Below are positions 1 through 9,887 of a stretch of 64,000 nt of DNA, piece after piece. Under the pieces are notes generated by a model, which was given only the letters and a program-made list of their open reading frames with translations, did no database searches and had not been told where the DNA came from. Within the stretch, counting starts at the first letter, position 1. Every line of letters begins with the position of its first letter. The translations under genes and the position numbers were made by a program. Location: contig CAWEQH010000008.1 in NCBI GenBank assembly GCA_963811165.1, forward strand, positions 160,001 to 224,000, in the 5' to 3' direction. The stretch is from an uncultured Nitrospiraceae bacterium. Its GTDB lineage: Bacteria; Nitrospirota; Thermodesulfovibrionia; Thermodesulfovibrionales; UBA6898.

Positions 1-156
1 CTTGTCTCAAGCGTGGGATATGAGTTGACGGGCGTAGGAATGGTCGATTCAATAGGCGCCATTGGGATAGCGGTTCTCTCTTTCAGGGAGGGGCGGGAGG
101 CAATTGAAAAGGCGAAAGGCAATTTGACGTGCAGCTGTCAGGGGAAATGTCCTTAG
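1..156 (+). CDS. 3' end of a membrane protein, probably a cation transporter (partial)
   Basis: Frame 1 reads LVSSVGYELTGVGMVDSIGAIGIAVLSFREGREAIEKAKGNLTCSCQGKCP*. A TM helix, a REGREA motif and a Cys-rich tail resemble cation-efflux-like transporters. Confidence 0.55.
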   Translation, partial: LVSSVGYELTGVGMVDSIGAIGIAVLSFREGREAIEKAKGNLTCSCQGKCP

Positions 157-163
157 AAAAAAG

Positions 164-1186
164 TTACACCAAACCCCGTTCGACAAGTTCATTTTTGATA
201 TAGGCGTAATAGATGGGCGCCGCGATTACCCCTTCTATCCCGAAGGCGGCTTCCATCACCAGCATCGCCAGGAGCAGTTCCCACGCATGCGCCCTGATCT
301 GAGAACCTATGATCCGGGCATTCAGGAAATACTCAAGCTTATGGACTATTACAAGGAACGCCAGAGACCCAAGCGCAACGGCCGGCGAATAGCTAAGACT
401 TACTACGGTGATGATCGAATTTGAGATAAGGTTGCCTACGATCGGGAGCAGGCCGGTGACAAACGTCATTGCGACCATGGTCTTTACAAGCGGCAGGTCA
501 ATTCCCAGCAGGGGCAGCAGAACCCCTAAATAGATCGCAGCGAACAGCGTGTTTATTGCGGCGATGCGGACCTGTGCGAAAACGACTGAACGGAAGGCAG
601 TGCTCAAACGCGAAATGCGGCCTGCCAGCGCCCCTGTAAGAGGGCGGAACTTCTGAGCAGGGGAGGCCTCCCTTAAAGAAATCAGTCCGCCGATCACCAG
701 GCCGATAAGGACATGAGCGGTAACGCGGCCCGCCTTTTTCCCGGCCGTCTGTAATTCCCCTGCATGCTCATGCAGCCAGCTCACAGACCAACTCCTGAGG
801 CCCTCAACGTCGGCCGGCAAATAATCCGTGAGCCAGCCCGGCAGTTTTCCACGCAGGCCATCGAGGATCTCAGCCATCTTTTTCAGCAACGCCGGAATAC
901 TTTCCGGCTCGTTGCGGAAGATAAGGACCGCTCCCCAGATCATCGCAACAAGCAATAGCACAACTAACCCGGCCAGCAGCGCGACCACGACGAGCTTTGC
1001 GCGTTTGCCGCTCAACCTTGTAATGCGAAAAACCGGCGCAAGTATGTGGACTAATTCATAGACGAGAAAACCCGCAAGAAAGGCGGGCAGCAGGTGCAGG
1101 CCGAGGATGAGGAGCAACGCCGCTCCCGCGAGAAGCCAAGCGGCGATTTCATAACCTGTTGGATGAGATTTGGCCTTATCCGTCAT
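164..1186 (-). CDS. AI-2E family transporter
   Basis: Multi-TM protein with GLLPIVGNLISN, HKLEYFLNARIIG and FGIEGVIAAP motifs. Start taken at MTDKAK. Confidence 0.85.
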   Translation of the reverse strand: MTDKAKSHPTGYEIAAWLLAGAALLLILGLHLLPAFLAGFLVYELVHILAPVFRITRLSGKRAKLVVVALLAGLVVLLLVAMIWGAVLIFRNEPESIPALLKKMAEILDGLRGKLPGWLTDYLPADVEGLRSWSVSWLHEHAGELQTAGKKAGRVTAHVLIGLVIGGLISLREASPAQKFRPLTGALAGRISRLSTAFRSVVFAQVRIAAINTLFAAIYLGVLLPLLGIDLPLVKTMVAMTFVTGLLPIVGNLISNSIITVVSLSYSPAVALGSLAFLVIVHKLEYFLNARIIGSQIRAHAWELLLAMLVMEAAFGIEGVIAAPIYYAYIKNELVERGLV

Positions 1187-1273
1187 TCCCCTGGCATGAC
1201 CGTTCCTTTGTTTACTAATAAGGATAGAGGATCGGTTTACTATTTGCAACAGGAGTCCGAGGTTGCGGAGAGA

Positions 1274-2047
1274 CTAATCCCTGCGCCCTCCGAGTGAATC
1301 CGAAAGCCTGGCGAATTCCTCCAGACTCAGTGTCTCCGGCCTTCTGCCAGGATCGATACCGGCCGCCCCCAATAACCCTTTAATGTTTCCCCCAAGACCT
1401 TTCAGGGAATTGGAAAGCGTTTTTCTTCTTTGAGAGAACGCGGTCTTGACGACGCGGAAGAACATTTCTTCATCTCTCACATCTACCGAAGGCCTTTGGA
1501 GTATCTTCATGTAAAGAACCGCAGAATCGACCTTTGGGGCCGGCCGGAAGGCCTCTTTGGGGATGATAAACTGCATTTCAGGCATCGCATGATATTGGAC
1601 CATGATCGAGAGCACTCCATAGTCCTTTCCGCCGGGCGCCGCCGCTATCCTCTCGGCGACCTCCTTTTGGATAGTGAGTGTCATGGACTCCAAATTCCCC
1701 TTCGCCTCGAGAAGTCTGAAGATTATCGGCGTAGTAATGTAGTAGGGAATGTTTGAAACGACCTTGAACGTGCCAACATTTTCATAAGGGAATTTCATCG
1801 CGTCTCCGTGGATGAGGTCCACATTCCTGTAGCCGACAAATTCCGACCTCAACCTCTCGTAAAGGTCCTGATCGAGTTCAATGGCTATCACCTTTTTCAC
1901 GGCATCTGCAAGGAGCCTCGTGAGTCTGCCGGGGCCCGGTCCGATTTCAACGACGGTATCTTCCGTGGAGAGATCAGCCGCATCGATTATCCTTGTCAGA
2001 ATCGACGGGTCATAAAGAAAATTCTGCCCTAGATGCTTCTTAGGCAT
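1274..2047 (-). CDS. rsmA: 16S rRNA m6,2A dimethyltransferase
   Basis: KKHLGQNFL, VEIGPGPG, SNIPYYIT, FRPAPKVDS motifs. Confidence 0.97.
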   Translation of the reverse strand: MPKKHLGQNFLYDPSILTRIIDAADLSTEDTVVEIGPGPGRLTRLLADAVKKVIAIELDQDLYERLRSEFVGYRNVDLIHGDAMKFPYENVGTFKVVSNIPYYITTPIIFRLLEAKGNLESMTLTIQKEVAERIAAAPGGKDYGVLSIMVQYHAMPEMQFIIPKEAFRPAPKVDSAVLYMKILQRPSVDVRDEEMFFRVVKTAFSQRRKTLSNSLKGLGGNIKGLLGAAGIDPGRRPETLSLEEFARLSDSLGGRRD

Positions 2048-2095
2048 GATGCAACAAAGAAGGAATGAGCGAAAACACTGTGCCTTGTCCTTCTT

Positions 2096-3079
2096 TCATA
2101 TTTTAAGGCGTGTTGCCATTTTTATCGCCTCGATCATGCTGGAAGGGTTTGCGCGCCCCTTCCAGGCGATGTCATAGGCCGTGCCGTGGTCAGGAGAAGT
2201 CCGGATGATCGGAAGCCCGATCGTCACATTTATCCCTGTTTCGAAGGCGATCATCTTAAGGGGGATAAGACCCTGGTCGTGATACATGCAGACCACGATG
2301 TCGAATTCACCCTTGTACGCCTTGTTGAAAACCGTATCCGGAGGGAAGGGGCCTAAGGCTTCGATCCCTTCCTTTGCCGCCTCTTTAACGGCCGGGATGA
2401 TCTCTTCCATTTCTTCACGACCGAATATCCCTGCTTCTCCGGCATGAGGATTCAGGCCGGCCACCGCTATCCGCGGCCTTTCGATCCCCATCATTCCGCA
2501 TGCCTTCCTGGCGAGCCGGATTGTCCTAAGCACGCTATTTTTAGAAATCTTATCCGGTACGCTCTTGAGGGACGTATGTATTGTGACAAGAATAACCCTT
2601 AGCGGCCCGCCTGCAAGCATCATAGCGTAATCGTCCGTAGAGGTGAGCGCTGCAAGCATTTCTGTATGGCCCGGCCATTTCATGCCGGCCATCTTCATGG
2701 CTTCTTTCGAGATCGGCGCCGTAACAATGCCGTCGACTTTTTTGTCGAGCGCAAGCTCGGTCGCTTTCCTGATATAGCCCGCAGATGCGGTTCCGCCATC
2801 CGGCGTGGCCTCCCCTCTTTCAAAGTTTCTCAGCAGCCGAAGGTCGATAAGTTCTACGACCCCGGGAGAGGGACGAGACTCTTCGGGAGTCCCGATGATA
2901 TTGAGCTTCAGGAGCGGGTCGATGAGTCTCAGCGCCTCTTCCATTACGATCCTGTCTCCGATAACGATCGGGGCAGAGCATGATCGGACTTCGGGGGACA
3001 TCACAGCCTTGACCGTTACCTCCGGTCCAACCCCTCCGGGGTCTCCCATCGTGATAGCAAGTTTTTTCATATAGGCCAT
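2096..3079 (-). CDS. pdxA: 4-hydroxythreonine-4-phosphate dehydrogenase
   Basis: ITMGDPGGVGPE, GLNPHAGE, MYHDQG, RTSPDHGTA motifs; pdxA-rsmA order. Confidence 0.97.
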   Translation of the reverse strand: MAYMKKLAITMGDPGGVGPEVTVKAVMSPEVRSCSAPIVIGDRIVMEEALRLIDPLLKLNIIGTPEESRPSPGVVELIDLRLLRNFERGEATPDGGTASAGYIRKATELALDKKVDGIVTAPISKEAMKMAGMKWPGHTEMLAALTSTDDYAMMLAGGPLRVILVTIHTSLKSVPDKISKNSVLRTIRLARKACGMMGIERPRIAVAGLNPHAGEAGIFGREEMEEIIPAVKEAAKEGIEALGPFPPDTVFNKAYKGEFDIVVCMYHDQGLIPLKMIAFETGINVTIGLPIIRTSPDHGTAYDIAWKGRANPSSMIEAIKMATRLKI

Positions 3080-3085
3080 TCTATG

Positions 3086-3328
3086 TTAACTGTTTTCGGT
3101 GGGGCAGACAATGCTATTTCTTCTTTTTTTTTCGCGGGAACATCTGCAATTGCCGTAAAGCCGGACTTTTTCATCCATGCATCCCGTATTCTTGATCAGT
3201 AAACCGGAAATCAATCTGAAAAAACTTTTTTCCATCTTCTGAAAGAGAGGCCTGTATTCCTTTTGCTGTCCACTCCTTGAAAGGTCGGGAATCGTCTTCA
3301 GTAAAATCGCTTTTGTTCGGTTTGCCAT
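3086..3328 (-). CDS. possible small hypothetical protein
   Basis: 80-aa ATG ORF ending a few bases before pdxA; no recognisable family. Confidence 0.3.
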   Translation of the reverse strand: MANRTKAILLKTIPDLSRSGQQKEYRPLFQKMEKSFFRLISGLLIKNTGCMDEKVRLYGNCRCSREKKRRNSIVCPTENS

Positions 3329-3433
3329 ATTTTGTGATCAGCCGCGTAACAGGAAATGGGGAATCGGGAAGCGCTTCTCTACATTCTATAGCAGAATTTC
3401 CTCAGGCTGCTCCCTGAGGCTGCTTTATCAGGC

Positions 3434-3811
3434 TTAAGGTCTGCTAATCAGTAATGTCACAAAGTCCAGGTAATTGGCATCTTTTTCTATTAGTTGAATT
3501 CCCATCCCATCTTTTGATGGTATTCCTGCCCTTTCCAACATCAAACTATATGGCTCCCTTATGGCTCTAGTGACTCTACCAGTCAATTTTGAAGTCGAGC
3601 CATCGGGCAGATCGACTATCATTTCAATTATTTTATCTATGGAGAGAGGCTTTCTTGTCTTTATGAAGAGCCCATCTAATGACAAGTTTCTACATAATGC
3701 TGTATATGTCTGACCATCCGCGGTAAATTTAGCGGTACAACGCTTTGCAAATCTTTTTTGCGTTCTCCTTTCACGCTCTGAATTCCTCATTGCGCTAATC
3801 CCTGCTCCCAT
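3434..3811 (-). CDS. PilZ domain protein
   Basis: RRTQKR (RxxxR) and NLSLDGLFI (D/NxSxxG) motifs, GMGIQL. Confidence 0.85.
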   Translation of the reverse strand: MGAGISAMRNSERERRTQKRFAKRCTAKFTADGQTYTALCRNLSLDGLFIKTRKPLSIDKIIEMIVDLPDGSTSKLTGRVTRAIREPYSLMLERAGIPSKDGMGIQLIEKDANYLDFVTLLISRP

Positions 3812-4140
3812 TATAGCAGATCTTGAAGGTGACCGATAACTCTCAGACTCAGCTTTAAGAGTATATTCTTGTCCATGTTCAGCCTCTTGTTCAAACTGAG
3901 AGCAGCCCCGCCTAAACTTATATTGCGAATCTTCACATCTGTAGTAAAAACACCCTGCACTGGAAGTCTATGCCTTCGATTAAGAACCTCTGATGCCCTC
4001 TTTTCTCCTTCACATTGTCAAATAATATCACTTATTACATCCGTCTTGTATGTTATTCTATTCATCAGCAGGACAATGTAATACGGCTGCCCCGATAAGG
4101 GATAGTGTCACTGTGAACATTTCGAAAACTGGGGTGCATA

Positions 4141-5121
4141 ATGCAGGTCGGAAGAAAGATAGCAGATTATTTTAAGGTTGACAAGGAACTGATAATCGTA
4201 TTTCTTCTGGTTGCTATTGCAGGATTTATTTTCTTTTTTGTCTCTAATCAACGCGCATTCCTGACCATGTTTTATATTCCTGTTCTTATAGGTGCTTATC
4301 ATTTCGGGAAGCGCTATGCTACGAATGCTGCGGTTCTTTCGGGGATACTGGTTTTTGTAATTGCATATTATTATCCTGCGAGCTTTGCGATGCCTTCCGA
4401 TGAGAGCCTATATCGATGGCTTGATCTCGTAACATGGCTTGGTTTTCTTCTTGTCATGGGATATTACGTTGGGCTTCTCTATGAGAAAAAAGAGAATGCG
4501 AAGGAAGAAATTAAAAAAACATATCAGGGGATAATCGAAATGTTATCCCTCATTATCGACTCCGTAGACAAACAAACCCAGAGCCACTCGTACAGGGTCT
4601 CTGTCGTTGCTGAGAGGATTGCAATACAGATGAAATGCCCTCAGCAAGAAATAGAAAACATCAAGATTGCTGCGTTGCTACACGACTTGGGAAAACTGGG
4701 ACTGAGTGCTGAGGTTCTTAACAAAATAGGTAAGTTGTCAGCGGAGGAACACGAACATGTGAAGGCACACGTTAAAATCGGTGCTCAGTTTATTGCGCCG
4801 GTCGGAGGCAGGGTTTTGGATCTGTTACCATATATTCTCCTACATCATGAAAAATATGATGGGACTGGCTATCAGAGTGTTATAGGTGAAGGGGTTCCGT
4901 TAGGAGCGAGGATTATTGCGGTAGCGGACTACTATGACGCTTTATTATCGGATCGCCCGTATCGGCAGGGATTATCTCCGTTGGCTGTGAGAGACGAGAT
5001 ATTGCAAAATAGTGGCAAACATTTCGACCCCGCCGTCGTCGAGGCTTTTGCTGCCATATTCCAGACATTGGGGGCTGACGCGCCGTTAATATCTGAGAAT
5101 TTATTACGTAAGGGCCATTAG
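4141..5121 (+). CDS. membrane-anchored HD-GYP-type phosphohydrolase
   Basis: About 4 N-terminal TM helices, then HSYRV, LHDLGK, HHEKYDGTGYQ, ARIIAVADYYDAL, RPYR. Confidence 0.88.
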   Translation: MQVGRKIADYFKVDKELIIVFLLVAIAGFIFFFVSNQRAFLTMFYIPVLIGAYHFGKRYATNAAVLSGILVFVIAYYYPASFAMPSDESLYRWLDLVTWLGFLLVMGYYVGLLYEKKENAKEEIKKTYQGIIEMLSLIIDSVDKQTQSHSYRVSVVAERIAIQMKCPQQEIENIKIAALLHDLGKLGLSAEVLNKIGKLSAEEHEHVKAHVKIGAQFIAPVGGRVLDLLPYILLHHEKYDGTGYQSVIGEGVPLGARIIAVADYYDALLSDRPYRQGLSPLAVRDEILQNSGKHFDPAVVEAFAAIFQTLGADAPLISENLLRKGH

Positions 5122-5180
5122 ACTGATTCAGATTCAGCACATGCAACCGGTCTTTAGTGCAGGAGGAGTTGATTCCTGCA

Positions 5181-5597
5181 CTATTCCCCGATAATCTTGA
5201 CCAGCACCCGCTTCCTGCGCATGCCGTCGAATTCCCCGTAGAAAATCTGCTCCCAGGTGCCGAAATCGAGCCTGCCTTCTGTTACGGCGACTACTACTTC
5301 TCTTCCCATGATCTGCCGCTTCATATGCGCGTCGGCGTTGTCCTCTCCGGCGTTGTGGCGATATTGAGAGACGGGTTCGTGCGGAGCGAGTTTTTCGAGC
5401 CAGACATCATAGTCGCGGTGCAGTCCCGGTTCATCGTCATTAATGAAGACCGATGCCGTAATATGCATTGCGTTTACGAGGACCAGGCCCTCGCGCACCC
5501 CGCTTTGCCTGAGGCATTCTTCGACCTGCGGGGTAATATTGATAAAGGCCCTGCGGGTCGGCACCTCAAACCATAACTCTTTCCGGTAACTCTTCAT
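5181..5597 (-). CDS. yjbQ: YjbQ/UPF0047 family protein
   Basis: [32 protein letters not shown] motifs. Confidence 0.92.
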   Translation of the reverse strand: MKSYRKELWFEVPTRRAFINITPQVEECLRQSGVREGLVLVNAMHITASVFINDDEPGLHRDYDVWLEKLAPHEPVSQYRHNAGEDNADAHMKRQIMGREVVVAVTEGRLDFGTWEQIFYGEFDGMRRKRVLVKIIGE

Positions 5598-5738
5598 GAA
5601 TCAAATAATAACACCTCCCGGGATTGCCGACAACCATGATTTATGTTATTTCCTTAAAAAATGACAAATCGTTAAAAGATGATACCATTAGTGAATAGGG
5701 CACGTAGAAGGCACAATTTAAACGCGCAGGAGGATTAT

Positions 5739-6623
5739 ATGAAAAAGAGATTGGGAATATATATTTTCCATGGAGCTGAGGTTATAGATTGGGCGGGACC
5801 GATAGGTGTTTTTGCCGTCGCCCGGAGAATGGACCCCGAACTCGATGCATTCCTGATAGGTGATTCCATTGGGCCGGTAATGGCCACAGCAAACCTTTCT
5901 GTGAATCCACGGTAAAGTCTTGAGCAAAGACCCGATATGGATGCCTTCCTCATCCCGGGAGGAATAGGCACAAGAGCTGAGATTCATAATGGTCGTCTGA
6001 TAGAGTTTGCGAGAGGACTTTCGGAAAAGACTCTGCTTGTCAGTGTCTGCACAGGGTCGTGAGTATATGGAAAAGCGGGACTTCTTGACGGCGTGAGAGC
6101 AACGAACCGAAAAAATGGAGACCCAAGCGAAAAGATTATTCCCATAGACCGCCTGGCAGAAATCGCACCTAAAGTTATTATCGACCGGCACCGCATTGTT
6201 GATAGCGGGAGAATTATAACGGCGGGTGGCATAAGCTCAGGGCTGGAAATGGGTTTTTATCTCCTGGAACGTTTTGGGTATGATAAAAAGTTTGTAGCCA
6301 CTGTTGCCCATATTAAGACCATACAGGAACTCGGCGTTAGGCTTGCGGGCCTTGCTCCCCGGTCTTCGGGAACGCTCAAGGAGAGGCTTCGCAATACCGT
6401 GAGCTTTCTGGAATCCCTTGGATCAGTGGTGGATGTCACTGAAAAAAAAGGAAAGGTTGTTATCAACGGATATGGCTGCCCCATTACAGGGGCGGTCGAG
6501 GCTGACGGTCGCCTTTGCATTGCCATGGCTGTCATGATAAGCAAACTCGTCGGCACTCCCGCAACCGAGAGGTGCAACAGGGATGACCAGCCCGGTTGCT
6601 GCTTTGAGATCAAACTCCCCTGA
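5739..6623 (+). pseudogene. DJ-1/PfpI family pseudogene fused to the C-terminal domain of a transcriptional regulator
   Basis: One frame with in-frame TAA (5913-5915) and TGA (6060-6062). DJ-1 motifs IPGGIGTR, SVCTGS, ITAGGISSG, then an unrelated Cys-rich tail (GCPI...LC...ERC...CCFEI). Confidence 0.75.
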
Positions 6624-6654
6624 AGACAGGCCTTTTGTTTGAATGAGGTGAACG

Positions 6655-7134
6655 ATGGGTAAGGGAGTAAGAAAAGCACTGATTCTTGCGGTCCTATGTT
6701 TTTTTTCCGCCCAGCAATCGGTGAGTTGGGCCGTGCGTGGCAACGAACTACTCGGTCTGTGGCAGAACGAAGAGCGCGACGCCATAATCAAGATCTACCA
6801 TTGCGGTGAGAAATCCTGCGGTAAAATAGTCTGGACAACGTCACCGGTCTATCCAGCCGACGATCCGCGCGGCCGCGCCGGGCAGGCGAGGCTGGATGAT
6901 AACAACCCTGATCCAAGACTCAGAACCCGGCCGATCGCAGGCCTTCAGATAATGGATGGATTTATATTTGATGGAAAGAACGAATGGAAGGGGGGCACGG
7001 TCTACGATCCAAAGAACGGCAATACATACAAAGGAAAGATGTCCCTTGCTTCTCCTGATGTACTGCATCTGCGGGGCTACGTTCTTTTTTCTTTTTTCGG
7101 CCGCACTACCAGTTGGACGCGGCTAAACCGCTGA
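6655..7134 (+). CDS. DUF2147 family exported protein
   Basis: Signal peptide, D.NNPDP.LR.RP..GL, GTVYDPKNGNTY, LRGYV...GRTTSWTR. Confidence 0.9.
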   Translation: MGKGVRKALILAVLCFFSAQQSVSWAVRGNELLGLWQNEERDAIIKIYHCGEKSCGKIVWTTSPVYPADDPRGRAGQARLDDNNPDPRLRTRPIAGLQIMDGFIFDGKNEWKGGTVYDPKNGNTYKGKMSLASPDVLHLRGYVLFSFFGRTTSWTRLNR

Positions 7135-7142
7135 CCGCCCGC

Positions 7143-8216
7143 TCAGACCCTCCTCAGGAGAAATGCGTGGGCTGATAACCCTGCACCGAAGGCGACCATC
7201 ATACAATAATCCCCCTGCTCCACGCCTCTTTCCAAAATATCGTTGAGTACGAACAATACCGTGGGGGAAGACATATTTCCATGCTCGGCAAGTATTGTGC
7301 GAGTAGGGATCAACTGGTCTTCGGAGAGCCCTGTCTCAGCCTTTATTGTTGTGATGATCTTTTCACCACCGCTATGGAGCGCCCAGTGCTTTATATCTTC
7401 AACCCCAAGCGAGCGCGGCCCGAGGAGATCCTGAATAACGCGGGCTGCTGCTTTCTTTATCAGGTGGGGCAGCTTCGTGGAAAGCTGGTTATGCAACTGC
7501 CCGTTTTTGTGCACATATCGTATGGCGTCACGGTCTTCGGGAACATAGTAACTGGAAGAGGCGACAAGTTCCAAACCCTCAGAACGCGTCCAGAGGACCG
7601 CAGCAGCAGCGCCGTCGCCAAAGAGCGCATTGGAGACGAGCAGGCTCAGATCGTCTCCCATCTGGAATGTCGCGCTGCATATCTCGACGGAAACACTCAC
7701 CACCGCCTTCCCCCCGGTGCCCCTGACGAGTGCTCCGGCAACTTCAAGGTTGGGGATCGCCCCTCCGCAGCCGCTGCCGACGAGATCATAGACCTTTATC
7801 TGGCGGTCAAACCCCATCGTTTCGATAAGGTAGGTCGATATGCCCGGGCAGATATAGCCGGTGCAGGTATTGACGACGATTCCTGCCACGTTGCCAGTGG
7901 ACAGCCCGGCCCTGAGGAGTGCCTCTTGTATCGCCTGGGCCGAGAGATCGACAGCGTATCGGGTGAACCGTTGAATCCGGCTGTCCGGGTCTTCGTTCAG
8001 AAAGCTCCCCGGGTCTTCGATGGCAAAACTTCTCTTGCGTATAGAAGGATGGGTCAGGAGACTGTGTAGGAGCGAGCGGCTCCGGGAGCTGAGTGTCTCT
8101 GAATACCGTTCGAGGAGATGCCTCTCCACTTCGGCCTGGTCTATGGTAAAAGGGGGCGTTGCCACCGCAACGGATGCGATGTGCGCCCTGCCTGTCTTCT
8201 GATCTTCATGATGCAT
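7143..8216 (-). CDS. type III polyketide synthase (chalcone/stilbene synthase family)
   Basis: Catalytic Cys (GSGCGGA), His (ALHSGG) and Asn (HGNMSS), plus LFGDG and AFGAG. Confidence 0.92.
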   Translation of the reverse strand: MHHEDQKTGRAHIASVAVATPPFTIDQAEVERHLLERYSETLSSRSRSLLHSLLTHPSIRKRSFAIEDPGSFLNEDPDSRIQRFTRYAVDLSAQAIQEALLRAGLSTGNVAGIVVNTCTGYICPGISTYLIETMGFDRQIKVYDLVGSGCGGAIPNLEVAGALVRGTGGKAVVSVSVEICSATFQMGDDLSLLVSNALFGDGAAAAVLWTRSEGLELVASSSYYVPEDRDAIRYVHKNGQLHNQLSTKLPHLIKKAAARVIQDLLGPRSLGVEDIKHWALHSGGEKIITTIKAETGLSEDQLIPTRTILAEHGNMSSPTVLFVLNDILERGVEQGDYCMMVAFGAGLSAHAFLLRRV

Positions 8217-8218
8217 CG

Positions 8219-9646
8219 TCAAACCTCCATGCCTAATAATCTGAGTCCCCTCCTGATGATACGGGTATGTCTCCACAGGGGAGGACGCAGTCCCAGCCCG
8301 TGGGCGATGCGGTGAATCGTCGGGAGAAATGGGATACTCAGCGAATCTGAATTCATAAAATTAAGATATTCGTTCATCGACTTTTTTATCTTCGTTTGCA
8401 TCCAGCGGTATTCAACATCAGGGGAGAGATAAAAGACCGGCTCAAGCATCTCAGCCGGTGGAAGCGACAAAATTCCCTGCTTTCTCGCGATGGATTCCAG
8501 CTCCGTCCCGGGGTAAATACGGATGCCCATGCCAAAAAAGGCAACATCCTGAGGACGTATCGAATTTTCTGCAAACCGCAGTGTCTCTTTCACTGTCTCT
8601 TCAGTTTCATTTGGCCCCCCCATCATGAATATCCAGACGCAGGGCAGTTTATGACGTCTGATGACCTCAGCTGCCTTATACACGTGCTCAGTCGTGAACC
8701 CCTTGCCGAGTCCCTTGAGGACCCTGTCGGATGCGCTTTCCACTGTTATGCCGATACCGGTGAAGCCGGCACGTTCCATTGAGGTGACGAGGGCGTCATC
8801 GATAAAGAGAGGATTCAACTCTAAACTCTGGAAAGATGCAGCCGGACGGACCCGGGCCAGCTTCTCACATACCGCAATGGCATGATCATGCGGAGCATTG
8901 AAGACGTTGTCAACGAACTCTATATTGCGCAGGCCTGCTGAGGTGAGTCTGGTGACTGCTTCTGCGACCTCTCCAGGGTCGCTCAGTCGATAATGGTTGC
9001 CCTCTATTTTCCTGTATGTGCAATATACGCACGCGAACTGACACCCGAGTTTTGTCTGGACCGGCACCGTAGAAAGTCTTTTCATGTATGCCCTTACGTC
9101 GATCCAGCGGGGAAGATCCGGCGAGCCGCATGAGCAGCCATTGCCTGATGAAGCCACAGGATTGGCATTGAACATCCCATCTCCTATCCACGCGACTCCA
9201 GGAAGGGTTTCGGGAGATATGTCCTGTGAAAGTTTTTCGAGAAGCAGCGGGAATACTTTTTCTCCGTCTCCGAGCACGGCCCATGAAGCACCGGTATACC
9301 GAAGAAGCGCCTCCGGCATGACGGGGACCGCCGCTCCACCGAGAACTATCGGCGCCTGCGTCATGGCCCGGATAGTTGCGATGAGGAAACGCAGATCCTT
9401 GATGAAGAAAACGGGGGACTGGATGTCATTATTATCAATATTCCTTACAGAAAGGCCCACGATGTCCGGAATACTTCGCTCTATCTCACTCCGGACCAGC
9501 TTCAAAGGGTCCCTCTCAAACATCAGGTCCAGGAACCGTACGTGATGTCCGGCGCGGGCTGCTGCATCTGCAACCATGCACGGGCCTATGGGAACAACAG
9601 GCATCGGGAATTGATTACGGTTTGTGCTTATGAGAAGTATATTCAT
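8219..9646 (-). CDS. B12-binding domain radical SAM protein
   Basis: N-terminal cobalamin-binding-type domain (GLSVRNIDN, VLGG, GDGE) and CQFACVYC (CxxxCxxC), FVDNVFN. Confidence 0.9.
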   Translation of the reverse strand: MNILLISTNRNQFPMPVVPIGPCMVADAAARAGHHVRFLDLMFERDPLKLVRSEIERSIPDIVGLSVRNIDNNDIQSPVFFIKDLRFLIATIRAMTQAPIVLGGAAVPVMPEALLRYTGASWAVLGDGEKVFPLLLEKLSQDISPETLPGVAWIGDGMFNANPVASSGNGCSCGSPDLPRWIDVRAYMKRLSTVPVQTKLGCQFACVYCTYRKIEGNHYRLSDPGEVAEAVTRLTSAGLRNIEFVDNVFNAPHDHAIAVCEKLARVRPAASFQSLELNPLFIDDALVTSMERAGFTGIGITVESASDRVLKGLGKGFTTEHVYKAAEVIRRHKLPCVWIFMMGGPNETEETVKETLRFAENSIRPQDVAFFGMGIRIYPGTELESIARKQGILSLPPAEMLEPVFYLSPDVEYRWMQTKIKKSMNEYLNFMNSDSLSIPFLPTIHRIAHGLGLRPPLWRHTRIIRRGLRLLGMEV

Positions 9647-9887
9647 TTTTTGATTACTTTATAATACCCGATAAGACTGCGCTTTCACTAAAGAGGGGTA
9701 ATAATCAGACGAATTCTCAAAAAATTCTCTTGTCGTTCGCATGCACCTGAAGGGTACTCGTGCACTTCTCGACCAAAGAACATTTACGAGACTGTACCTT
9801 GACAGCCGCATCTTTCTGAATGAAGATAGAACCAAAGAGGGAAGATCCTCATAACATTCTATCTTTAGCTGTGAGAAAGACAGGAGA

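Noticed and set aside
6060..6062. In-frame TGA here (Trp-like position) and near 32991 in degQ (Gly-like position) as stop-codon reassignment or selenocysteine
   Set aside because: TGA clearly terminates tuf, cysS and others. The two cases imply different amino acids and neither is a Cys site. The DJ-1 gene also has a TAA.
9647..9887. Cobalamin riboswitch upstream of the B12-rSAM gene
   Set aside because: No AGGGAA or GCCACTG core motifs are visible on the minus strand.
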